This document shows, in pieces, positions 14,048 through 22,847 of a stretch of 32,000 nt of DNA. Numbering within the stretch: position 1 is the stretch's first letter; each line of letters opens with the position of its first letter. The notes beneath the pieces are model-generated. The model worked only from the letters and a program-made list of their open reading frames with translations, had not been told where the DNA came from and searched no databases. The position numbers and the translations under genes are program-made. Source of the DNA: Nitratidesulfovibrio vulgaris str. Hildenborough (lineage in GTDB: Bacteria > Desulfobacterota > Desulfovibrionia > Desulfovibrionales > Desulfovibrionaceae); assembly GCF_000195755.1 (NCBI RefSeq), contig NC_002937.3, positions 1,470,001 through 1,502,000 of the forward strand. The letters run 5' to 3'.

Positions 14048-17041
14048 ATGATCCGTTCGCGTCTCTTCAGGCGTACCCTTCTTGGTATGCTCGTGCTTTT
14101 CGGCTTCTATGCCTTGGCCGTTTCGGCGGGGTCCGACATCTTCACGCGCCGTCAGCTCATGCGCGAGAGTGAGGCCACGGCGCGGGCTGTCGCGCAGAGC
14201 ATCGCCGGCAGCAGCATGGACAGCCTCTACGGCCTCGACCCCATCACCATACAGTCGCGCATCGACCAGTACCTGTCTGTTCCCGGTGTCCGCTATGCCC
14301 TGGTGACGGCTTCTTCGGGGGACATCGTCGCCCATACCTTTGCACCGGTCGTTCCGGAGGACGTCCGTGCACTTGCGCGCTCCCTGTCCGATGCCAGAAA
14401 GGCAGACTCCACATTCCAGCAATACGACGTGGACCTCCCTGACGGTTCGGCGGCCCTGCACTGCGTCATGCCTGTGTACGAGGGGCTTGGCGGGTATGTG
14501 CACATCGGGATGGACCGTAGTTCCCTCGACAGCCATGTGGGGCACGTGGTGCGCAGTCAGCAGATTCTTGCCCTCGTCTTCTTCTGCGTCGCGGCGTTCG
14601 CCTCATGGTTCTTCCTCCAGTCCATATCGCGTCCGCTTGCCGCCCTGACCGACTATGCCCGCAAGGTCGCGGCGCACGAGTTTCCTGCGCCGGTCGAAGT
14701 GAAGAGTCGCGATGAAATCGGAACGCTGGCACGTGTGATGGGGTTCATGGCGGCTGACCTTGCCCGCTTCGTCGGCGGGCTTGAGGCGGAGGTCAAACGG
14801 TCTACAGGTGAGTTGCGCACTGCCCTGGGTGAGCTTTCGGCCATCGTCGGGGGTATGGGGGAGGGCTTGCTTGTCGTTTCCGCCGAAGGGTTGGTGCTTC
14901 GTTCCAATGAGGCGTTCGCTTCGTTGTTCTGCCTTGAACCCTTCGGGTGCCCGGTCGCGCTTGATGCCTTGTTGCCCCTGTCCGGACAGGATGATTCGGG
15001 TTTGCGCGGCGTGCTTGAAGATGCCTTGCAATCAATGGCCCGGGGCGAAGCCGCACGCCATTCCGGCGAGTATCCGTTCATTTGCGGCGACGGTGTCCGG
15101 CGCTGGGTCGGGTGCACCATAGAGCCTGTGACCATCGGCGGAAAACCATGCATCGTGTGTCTTGTGCAGGATGTCACGGCCCGCAACGAGGCACAGCAGG
15201 CCCTTCGCGACGCCTACGACAAGCTTGAGGCCGAGGTCGCCAGCCGCACCCGAGACCTTCGTCGGGCCAACGCGCAACTGCTGCTCGAGAACGCCGAACG
15301 CCGGAGCGTGGAACAGGCGCTTCGCCGGGCCGAACAGCGATACCGGGGCATCTTCGAGAATGCCGTCGAGGGTATTTTCCAGATTGCGCCGGACGGTATG
15401 CTCCTTCGCGGCAACCCCGCCATGGCGGAGATGTTCGGGTACTCCGACATCGAGTCGTTGCGTGAGGTGGGCAGCATGGCGGAGGCCATGTTCGCCGAGG
15501 CGACCTCCTCGGACGTGTTCTTTCACCAGCTAGAAATGACGGGGAACGTGTCAGGGTTCGAATTCCGGGCCCGCCATCGGGAAGACCGGGAGTTGTGGCT
15601 GAGAGTCAATGCGCGCCGTGTGGCCGACGCGCATGATGCCACGTTGTTCTACGAAGGGTTTCTCACCGATATCACCATCAGCCATCGTTCACGCCAGCAA
15701 CTGGCGCATCAGGCGTACCACGACCCTCTCACCGGGCTTCCGAACCGGCTGCTTTTCCTCGACCATCTCCAGTTGGCCATGCAGCGGGCGGCGCGACGGA
15801 CAGACGCCATGTTCACCGTGCTGTATCTTGACCTCGACAGGTTCAAGATCATCAACGACAGCCTGGGGCATGGCATCGGCGACGCCCTGTTGCGCGAGGT
15901 CGCCTGTACGTTGCGCCGCTGCGTCCGTGATGTGGACACGGTGGCCCGTTTCGGGGGCGATGAGTTCGCCATCCTGCTCGAAGACACGGGCAATTGCGCC
16001 GGGGCGGTGCGCATCGCGCGACGTATCCGTGAAAGCCTCGCCCAGCCGGTGAACATCGCCGGACATGAGGTGTTCACCACGGCCAGCATCGGCATCGTGT
16101 TGCAGACAAGGGACTACCTCACGCCCGAAGACATCCTGCGCGATGCCGACACGGCCATGTACCGGGCAAAGGAGATGGGCAAGTCGCGCTTCAAGGTGTT
16201 CAATGCCCGTATGCGTGAAGATACGCTCCGTCTCATGGCGCTGGAGACCGATTTGCGTTTCGCTGTCGAACGGGGTGAATTGTCGCTCCGTTATCATCCC
16301 ATCGTCGACCTCGAAGACGGTAGCCTGCACGGCTTTGAATCGTTGCTTCGATGGCGTCGGGGCAACGAGGACGTTTCTCCGGCGGAGTTCATTCCGGTCG
16401 CGGAGGATGCGGGGCTCATCGCAGATATCGGAGCTTTCGTCATCGAGGACGTTTGCAGGCAGGTAGCGGCGTGGCAGGACACGGCGTGCGATTGCGGCAT
16501 CGTCCACGTCAATATCTCGGGGCGCCAGCTCATGCGTCCGGGCTTCGCCCAGATGGTCGACGAAATCCTGCGGCGCCATGGCATCGCCGGGTCGTGCCTG
16601 CGGTTCGAGGTCACTGAGAGCGTTCTCGTGCGACATGGCACACTGGCTGTCTCCGTCATGCACCAGTTGCGCGAACTCGGTATACGACTGTGTCTGGACG
16701 ACTTCGGTACCGGCTATTCCTCGCTGGGGTACCTGCGTCGTCTGCCCGTGGAGAGTCTCAAGATAGACCGGAGTTTCGTCTGGGGCATGGAGAAGGACGA
16801 GGCTGGAAGGGCCCTTGTCCGGGGTATCCTCACGTTGGGGCTGCATCTCGGACTCGAGGTCGTGGCGGAAGGCGTGGAAACCGAAGAACAGGCCGTGCTC
16901 CTGCGCGATATGGGCTGCCGCTACGGGCAGGGCTTCCTTTACGCGAAGCCTCTCCTGTCTGAACGGGTACCCCCTTTCGTTTGTCTCAGAGAGGCAGCCG
17001 TCGCGGGTTATGGCGTTTCCGTCTCGACTGGGGTAGCCTAG
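14048..17041 (+). CDS. Membrane-bound c-di-GMP turnover protein: TM / periplasmic segment / TM / HAMP / PAS / PAS / GGDEF / EAL, 997 aa
   Basis: - Start: the ATG at 14048 has AGGAGG 7 nt upstream.
- GGDEF at nt 15953-15967, with an RxxD I-site (RDVD) five residues upstream.
- EAL domain residues intact: EVTE (16607-16618), DDFGTGYSS, KIDRSF, EGVETEEQ, GQGF.
- Two PAS-like blocks and a coiled-coil linker. Confidence 0.9.
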   Translation: MIRSRLFRRTLLGMLVLFGFYALAVSAGSDIFTRRQLMRESEATARAVAQSIAGSSMDSLYGLDPITIQSRIDQYLSVPGVRYALVTASSGDIVAHTFAPVVPEDVRALARSLSDARKADSTFQQYDVDLPDGSAALHCVMPVYEGLGGYVHIGMDRSSLDSHVGHVVRSQQILALVFFCVAAFASWFFLQSISRPLAALTDYARKVAAHEFPAPVEVKSRDEIGTLARVMGFMAADLARFVGGLEAEVKRSTGELRTALGELSAIVGGMGEGLLVVSAEGLVLRSNEAFASLFCLEPFGCPVALDALLPLSGQDDSGLRGVLEDALQSMARGEAARHSGEYPFICGDGVRRWVGCTIEPVTIGGKPCIVCLVQDVTARNEAQQALRDAYDKLEAEVASRTRDLRRANAQLLLENAERRSVEQALRRAEQRYRGIFENAVEGIFQIAPDGMLLRGNPAMAEMFGYSDIESLREVGSMAEAMFAEATSSDVFFHQLEMTGNVSGFEFRARHREDRELWLRVNARRVADAHDATLFYEGFLTDITISHRSRQQLAHQAYHDPLTGLPNRLLFLDHLQLAMQRAARRTDAMFTVLYLDLDRFKIINDSLGHGIGDALLREVACTLRRCVRDVDTVARFGGDEFAILLEDTGNCAGAVRIARRIRESLAQPVNIAGHEVFTTASIGIVLQTRDYLTPEDILRDADTAMYRAKEMGKSRFKVFNARMREDTLRLMALETDLRFAVERGELSLRYHPIVDLEDGSLHGFESLLRWRRGNEDVSPAEFIPVAEDAGLIADIGAFVIEDVCRQVAAWQDTACDCGIVHVNISGRQLMRPGFAQMVDEILRRHGIAGSCLRFEVTESVLVRHGTLAVSVMHQLRELGIRLCLDDFGTGYSSLGYLRRLPVESLKIDRSFVWGMEKDEAGRALVRGILTLGLHLGLEVVAEGVETEEQAVLLRDMGCRYGQGFLYAKPLLSERVPPFVCLREAAVAGYGVSVSTGVA

Positions 17042-17076
17042 GCGGGCATCACAAGTCCGCTTTCCCCCGGTAGCAA

Positions 17077-20000
17077 ATGCATCGAAATCGTTTCCTCATT
17101 GGTGTCGCCTGTCTCCTGCTGTCCTTGCTGGTCGTGGGAGGTGTGCTGCTGCCGCGTCTGGTTTCCCCCGAGAGGCTTGCTGAAGAGGTGCGCGCGCTGG
17201 TGCGTGAACGCACGGGCGTTGTACTTGACAGCAGGGGGGGCGTGACATTCTCGTTGCTGCCGCAGCCCGCTGTCATACTCCGCGACGTGACAGCCACCGT
17301 ACCCGAATCCATGTTCGGCAATGCCGCGAAGGGGCATGCCAGCGTGATCGTCTGCCGTCCCTCATGGCGAAGCCTGCTTGAAGGGAGACTGCTGCTAGCC
17401 GGGCTTGAACTGGAAGATGCCGTCATAGAGTTTGAGATGGCGCTGGCAACGGATGGCCTTGTTTCTGGAACAGTGGCGGGCAGCGCATACCGTGAAGCCT
17501 CAGAGACCATGCGCAGGGCACCAGCCCTCCAAGGCGGTACGGGTGGCAATGGCACCGCCGTGGCGACTCCGGTATCGCCTGCTGGCGACAGTGTGCTCAA
17601 TGCGCCGGGCTCACCGGATTCACCGGGGTCACCGGAGGCGCCGGGGGTGCCGGTCTGGAGAGACCTGCCCGTGGGAGTCGCCGCCTTTCTTCTGCGTGAC
17701 CTGCCTTGCGATTTCATCCGCATCACTCGAGGACGTATCGTCGTATCGGATGCTGTCGCAGACGGCATCGACTTCGTTTTTCGTCGTGCAGGGGCGGCTG
17801 CCCACCTGAATCTTCAGGTCTCCAGAGTCGGACAGTCGGTGGTCTCACCGGGTGCGGGCTTCGCGGTACCGGGGGCTGCCGTATCGGGGGAGGCCGCGTC
17901 TTCCGGAGGCGTCTTGCAACACTCTGGACCTTTTGGCGGGCTGCATCTGAAGGACGTTCGTGTCGAAATCGATGACATGCGGTTCCTGTCTGCCATGCCG
18001 GGCGGCGCTACGCCTGAACCCGTGACAGAGGCAACGCCGCAGGGGATAGGTGCTGCCGTCCGCGTCGCTTCGGGGGTGGGAGGCTCACTTGCGGAAGGAG
18101 AGGTCCTGTTCGCCGCCGATGTCCGTTTTGTGCACGGGCATGGCGTGCTTGTGGATGCCGGCGAATTGGGAGGGCGGGGTACCGTTGCGCTGGGCGGTTT
18201 TCCCGTTCCCTTCGAGTTGGATATCCCGTTCCATCGCGGGGCGGGGCAAGCCTTCGTGGTTCAGGATGCGGCGTTGCGCCTCGAAGGGGATTCGGCTCGT
18301 CTTGATGCCGTCTGCACTCTTGAGGGCGACGTCCCCGTCATGGAAGGGGCCTTGCGTCTCGGTCACCTCAGTCTGCCTCGCTGGTTCGGCTTCGCGCGCA
18401 GGTTGCCGCCGGGCTTGCAACACGCCCTTGACGCCCTGCAGGGGACACTCGACTTCAGGCTGACGTCCCAAGGCGTGGAAGTCTCCCGCCTGGAAGCCCG
18501 TGTGCTGGACTATGTCTTGCGAGGGCGTGGCGGCGTCACATCGTTCGCCGCCCCCGTCATCTTCATCGAGGCTGGAGCCCCGGCGCTTGACGTGAACCGC
18601 ATCGTGCCGGAGATCACCGGGCGTTTTCCCGACGCTCCCAGACATGACGCGCCGCCGCCAGTGCCTGTGCCGGGGACGGCACGTGCTGCTGCGATGGATA
18701 TCCCCGACGTGGGTTACGACATCCGCATCCATACCGACGCTGCCAGGGTGCGCGGTTTCGACGTGGGACGTCTCGACTTCAGGTGCTCGCCCTCCGCGTC
18801 AGGGACCGCACTGCTCTTCGACGCACCGGAAGCGTATGGCGGGGCCATCCGGGCTTTACTGGACATCCTCCCCGTGGGGTATGCCCTCGACGCCACGCTG
18901 CGCCGGGTTCGTGTCGCGAAGCCTGCATCCATCCTCGCCGGGCGCGAGGTGCTCACCGGGCTGCTGGATGCCGATATGAAGCTGACGGCGAAGGGCGGGC
19001 CGCTGGCGTCTGTGCTCGCTTCCATGTCCGGTTCTCTTGATGCCACGATCAAGGACGGGCGTATCGAGGCCCGTCGTAAAGGGCACACCGAAATGCTTCC
19101 GCTGCAACTCCTTCGCGTCTCCTCCCGTGCCCAAGGGGCGGGATTGCAGGCGGGCGCCGCCTTGCCCTCACGGTTATGGTGGTCGGGGGCGTGGCAGGCG
19201 TCATGGGCGGCCCCCGGAGGCTGGGAGGGCTCCCTGACCTTTGACGGGCCTCTTGCATTCTCGACCTCGACGGGATTGCCGGAGTCCTGTTCCGATGTGC
19301 CCGCCATGTTGTCCATGCGGTTTCCGTCGGGGGACACGGCAAACGCCGCCACGTCGAAGCTGCTTCTGAAGGGGAACCTTTCCGCGGATACCGCGCAGCG
19401 CTCCTTCACATTCTCGGACCTGAAGGGTGAAGTCGCAGGCGCATCGGTGACGGGGCACGCTCGTGTCAGCGATCGGGGCGGTTCTTCTGAGCAATGGGCG
19501 GGTACGTTCGTTGCGCGCCATGCGCGTCTGCGCGACCTTCTGTCCCGGTTCGGTTTTGACCCGGGCGAGACGGCAGACCCTGATGCCTTCGGGCCTGTAT
19601 CCTTACGAGGTACGTTGGCTGGTGATGCCAGAGGGTGGGAGTTTTCCTCCTTTGAGGCAGAGGCCGACGGCAGCCGCATGACAGGAACCATGGGCTATCG
19701 TTTCGCGACGTCTGATACTGCACGGCCCAAATGGACGTTCGACGTGTCATTGGACCGGCTAGACGTCGACGCCCACCTTCCCCCGCCCGTCCAGGACTCC
19801 CCGCCTTCAGAAGAACCGTGGGATGTAAGCTGGATGCGCCGCGTCGATGCCGAGGGGCTCATCAGGATTCGTGAGGCCGTATTCAGGCGGCAGCCCTTGA
19901 GTCGTGTGGTCATTCCCGTCTCCCTCAATGCCGGAGTGCTCGAGGTCATCCCTGCCACAGCCGGTTTCAGCGGCGGGCGGGTCACGTCCAGCCTGCGGTC

Positions 20001-20661
20001 GGAAGCAGGGGCAGGGCTCACTACCCGCCTTCGTTTCGATGCTGTCGATTTCGACCTTTCCCCTCTGGTCATGCGGCACTGGAATCGAGACTATCTCGGA
20101 GGCAAGGCGCATCTCTCGTTCGATGTGGAAGGGCTTGTCGTCAGTAGCGCAGATATACCCCGTGTCTTCGACGGGACATGGGGCTTCGAAGTGCGAGACG
20201 GCTTCTACAGCCTTCGCGGTGCCGCCGGTCAGGAAGGGCGAACGCCGTTCTCCCGCGCATCGGCGAAGGGTACGATGATGCGTGGTGTGCTGCACAACGA
20301 CGACTTCAGCCTGCGAAGCCTGCTCATGTCCATGAGCGGAAGGGGCTGGGTGGACCTTGGGCTGAAGCGCATCGACTATACAACGGACATAACCCTTGCG
20401 AAGATACCCAACCTGCCTATCCGGTTTCACGGTGACCTGCATTCGCCAAAGGCGACGGTACGTGAACTGGGTATCGTGACCGGTACCATCGGCAACATCG
20501 GTTCGGGAGTCTTCGGTCTGCTGGAGGGAGTGCTCACAGCCCCGTTACGGGTACTCGAGTCTATGGGGGCTGGCGGGGCGCGCGGTGATGATACGGGCGG
20601 GCGCAGCGTCTCCCCACCGCTTGGCGGAGATGGCGGGCGACCTGCCCAGACCGTGCCCTAG
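17077..20661 (+). CDS. AsmA-family (AsmA-like) large envelope protein, 1194 aa
   Basis: The N-terminal anchor and AsmA-like start (MHRNRFLIGVACLLLSLLVVGGVLLPRLVSPERLAEEVRALVRERTGVVLDSRGGVTFSLLPQPAVILRDV) parallel E. coli AsmA. The body is long and beta-rich, and the C-terminus is AsmA_2-like (FSRASAKGTMMRGVLHNDDFSLRSLLMSMSGRGWVDLGLKRIDY). It lies only 35 nt after the GGDEF-EAL gene. Confidence 0.75.
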   Translation: MHRNRFLIGVACLLLSLLVVGGVLLPRLVSPERLAEEVRALVRERTGVVLDSRGGVTFSLLPQPAVILRDVTATVPESMFGNAAKGHASVIVCRPSWRSLLEGRLLLAGLELEDAVIEFEMALATDGLVSGTVAGSAYREASETMRRAPALQGGTGGNGTAVATPVSPAGDSVLNAPGSPDSPGSPEAPGVPVWRDLPVGVAAFLLRDLPCDFIRITRGRIVVSDAVADGIDFVFRRAGAAAHLNLQVSRVGQSVVSPGAGFAVPGAAVSGEAASSGGVLQHSGPFGGLHLKDVRVEIDDMRFLSAMPGGATPEPVTEATPQGIGAAVRVASGVGGSLAEGEVLFAADVRFVHGHGVLVDAGELGGRGTVALGGFPVPFELDIPFHRGAGQAFVVQDAALRLEGDSARLDAVCTLEGDVPVMEGALRLGHLSLPRWFGFARRLPPGLQHALDALQGTLDFRLTSQGVEVSRLEARVLDYVLRGRGGVTSFAAPVIFIEAGAPALDVNRIVPEITGRFPDAPRHDAPPPVPVPGTARAAAMDIPDVGYDIRIHTDAARVRGFDVGRLDFRCSPSASGTALLFDAPEAYGGAIRALLDILPVGYALDATLRRVRVAKPASILAGREVLTGLLDADMKLTAKGGPLASVLASMSGSLDATIKDGRIEARRKGHTEMLPLQLLRVSSRAQGAGLQAGAALPSRLWWSGAWQASWAAPGGWEGSLTFDGPLAFSTSTGLPESCSDVPAMLSMRFPSGDTANAATSKLLLKGNLSADTAQRSFTFSDLKGEVAGASVTGHARVSDRGGSSEQWAGTFVARHARLRDLLSRFGFDPGETADPDAFGPVSLRGTLAGDARGWEFSSFEAEADGSRMTGTMGYRFATSDTARPKWTFDVSLDRLDVDAHLPPPVQDSPPSEEPWDVSWMRRVDAEGLIRIREAVFRRQPLSRVVIPVSLNAGVLEVIPATAGFSGGRVTSSLRSEAGAGLTTRLRFDAVDFDLSPLVMRHWNRDYLGGKAHLSFDVEGLVVSSADIPRVFDGTWGFEVRDGFYSLRGAAGQEGRTPFSRASAKGTMMRGVLHNDDFSLRSLLMSMSGRGWVDLGLKRIDYTTDITLAKIPNLPIRFHGDLHSPKATVRELGIVTGTIGNIGSGVFGLLEGVLTAPLRVLESMGAGGARGDDTGGRSVSPPLGGDGGRPAQTVP

Positions 20662-20894
20662 CAATGCGCCGTGCACTCCCTCGCGTCTGTGGCTTGCTTT
20701 CATGTCTGACGTGGCAGGGTTCTCCCCATGGTCAGTCATAGGCCTCTAGGGCGTACTTCGGACGTTCTGTGCGGCGGGCGCGGCGAACGCTCTTTTCACG
20801 GCTGTCGTCGGTGTGGTGCATGAAGTGCAGCCGGTTTCGTAGGGCGGGTCGTACTCCGCCGTCCTTTTCCTTCACATGAGGCTTGATATGTGCA

Positions 20895-21011
20895 GGTGGT
20901 GTGCATCTTATTGCACGCCGTGGCGTTGTGTGCCATCGTTTGCACATTCATGGTGCACGGCACCGCGTTGCGAGGCAACGCAGAGACCTTGCGATGCGAC
21001 ATGGTGCAAGG
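20895..21011. promoter_or_regulatory. Cluster of five TGCA-core inverted repeats (candidate regulator binding array or structured leader) upstream of the kinase operon
   Basis: - GGtGTGCA-N6-TGCACgCC (20898-20919)
- TGTGC-N8-GCACA (20929-20946)
- GGTGC-acg-GCACC (20952-20964)
- perfect hairpin GCGTTGC-gag-GCAACGC (20965-20981)
- CCTTGC-N13-GCAAGG (20987-21011)
TGGTGCA occurs at 20951 and 21002. Confidence 0.35.
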
Positions 21012-21107
21012 GCTGGCCTGTGGTGGCGCACCCGGCATCAGCATCTGCCGGGGTGTCACCCTTCGGCACAGTTCTTTCATGTCCCGCCAGACACCACCGG
21101 AGTCTTC

Positions 21108-22847
21108 ATGGAAATCGCCGACAAGAATGCCGAACGCAGCACCATCATCATCGCCGTGCTCACGCTCGTTACCATCGGGCTTTCACTCATCGTCACCACC
21201 GGGCAGACCCTGCGTCAGCAGGAGGAGGCCGGGACACAGTACCTGACCATGACCTCGCGCTCCGTGCTACAGGCTGTCGAGAGTTCACTCCGCCGGGGGC
21301 TGTTCGTTCGTCCCACGGGGCCCGGCCTCTTCAGTCCGGGAACGGCAGAGTTCTTCAGGGAACTTGAGCAGACCGGAGACGTACTCTTCGTCGGGGTCAT
21401 CGACCGTAACGGAGGCCGGGTGCTGTCGTCGCGTCCCGCACAGGAGGCCGGGCCTCTTGCCTTCCCCCCGGAAGCGTTGCAGCAGCTTGCCCAGAAGGGC
21501 GAGTGGTATGGCAGGGCGACGTTCGGTGCACGTCAGACCTATGTTTACGGCAAGCGTATCGTCCCCGGCAGGGGACTCGCGCAGGATGAGGACGAGTTGC
21601 CGACCTTTCTGGTGGTCGGGCTGGACATGACCAAGCACCTCGGCGTCTACAACCGCTTCCGCCAGAATGCCCTGTTTCAGGCTGCCTACATCCTCGCTGC
21701 TGCCGTGTTCATCTGGACGCTGGCCATGAGCTTCCTCAAGCGACGTGAACAGGCCGGGCGCGCGGCCGTTCTCGAACGCTTTCAGGCGCGTCTTCTCGAC
21801 AACCTTCCCGATGGGCTCATCACCGTTTCACGGTCTGACACCATCAGTGCCGCCAATCCCGCTGCCCACGGCATTCTCGGCATCGCCCCCGGAAGGCTGG
21901 CGGGCATGTCCATAGCCGAACTGCCGGAAGGTATCGTCGCCCCTGTCGCGCGGGTTGCGGAAGGGGGCTCTTCCGCTGAACCGGAGGCGGCAGCCGGGCG
22001 ATGGTTCACCCGTTCAGTCGGGGGGGCGCACCTTGAAGTCCTTACCCTGCCCATCCGGCAGGGCGATGATGATCACGACAGGCTGGTCATCATCCGTGAC
22101 CGTACGCAGATTCGGGAACTTGAGAAGAACCTCAGTGAGGCCGAAAAACTGGCGGCGCTCGGGACTCTGGCGGCAGGCGTCGCCCACGAGATTCGCAACC
22201 CGCTGAGTGCCCTGCGCGGCTTCGCCCAGTATTTCGCGAAGAAGCTCGTGGGGCGTCAGCCCGATGAAACCTACGCCCAGACCATGGTGCGCGAGGCAGA
22301 CAGGCTCAATCGCGTCATCACCGACCTGTTGTACCTCTCGCGGCCGCGGGCCATGGATGCGCGGGCCGTGAGCCTCGGTCAGCTTGTGGCAGACATCGGC
22401 AACCTTGTCCGTTTCGACCTCGAGAAGCGCAATATCGCCCTGAAGGTGAGTCTCGGACCGGATATCGTATGGGCCGATGAGGACGCCCTCAAGCAGGCGG
22501 TACTCAATCTCGTTCTCAACAGCATCGACGCGCTGGAGGGACTGGCGACCGGCGAACGCGAGATCCATGTCTCCTCTGCACAGGGCGATGGCGGCACGTG
22601 GGTTTTCGTTGGCGACTCCGGACCGGGGATGAGTGCCCTGCAACGCGAACAGGCTTTCGAGCCCTTCTTCACCACCAAGAAGAAAGGGACGGGGCTTGGG
22701 CTGGCGCTCGTCCACAAGACCATGCGCGAGCATGATGGTCGCGCCCAGATAGATTCGGAGATGGGACGCGGGACCACCGTTTCACTCTTTTTTCCGGGCA
22801 ATGAGGGCGTCGTGCCCTGTTCCCCTGACGTGGAGGTTCGCAAGTGA
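21108..22847 (+). CDS. Sensor histidine kinase (ZraS/AtoS/NtrB-like): TM / periplasmic domain / TM / PAS / HisKA / HATPase, 579 aa
   Basis: Trimmed to the ATG at 21108 (MEIADKNAERSTIIIAVLTLVTIGLSLIV...), with GGAG 6 nt upstream. It has the H-box HEIRNPLSAL (His codon 22185-22187) plus N, G1 (DSGPGM) and G2 (GTGLGL) boxes. Confidence 0.9.
   Translation: MEIADKNAERSTIIIAVLTLVTIGLSLIVTTGQTLRQQEEAGTQYLTMTSRSVLQAVESSLRRGLFVRPTGPGLFSPGTAEFFRELEQTGDVLFVGVIDRNGGRVLSSRPAQEAGPLAFPPEALQQLAQKGEWYGRATFGARQTYVYGKRIVPGRGLAQDEDELPTFLVVGLDMTKHLGVYNRFRQNALFQAAYILAAAVFIWTLAMSFLKRREQAGRAAVLERFQARLLDNLPDGLITVSRSDTISAANPAAHGILGIAPGRLAGMSIAELPEGIVAPVARVAEGGSSAEPEAAAGRWFTRSVGGAHLEVLTLPIRQGDDDHDRLVIIRDRTQIRELEKNLSEAEKLAALGTLAAGVAHEIRNPLSALRGFAQYFAKKLVGRQPDETYAQTMVREADRLNRVITDLLYLSRPRAMDARAVSLGQLVADIGNLVRFDLEKRNIALKVSLGPDIVWADEDALKQAVLNLVLNSIDALEGLATGEREIHVSSAQGDGGTWVFVGDSGPGMSALQREQAFEPFFTTKKKGTGLGLALVHKTMREHDGRAQIDSEMGRGTTVSLFFPGNEGVVPCSPDVEVRK

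Noticed and set aside
17560-17650. Short periodic repeat in the AsmA-like gene (caccggattcaccggggtcaccggaggcgccggg), considered as a possible tandem-repeat or CRISPR-like signal
   Set aside because: It encodes an in-frame low-complexity SPDSPGSPEAPGVP linker inside a long ORF. There is no repeat-spacer architecture anywhere in the window.
20732-20947. Small minus-strand ORFs in the kinase leader: a 71-aa ORF, and a nested 29-aa ORF (MHHTDDSREKSVRRARRTERPKYALEAYD) starting at 20821
   Set aside because: Neither start has a Shine-Dalgarno sequence, the composition is highly basic and low in complexity, and no promoter is evident. They may deserve a ribosome-profiling check, but the sequence does not support them.
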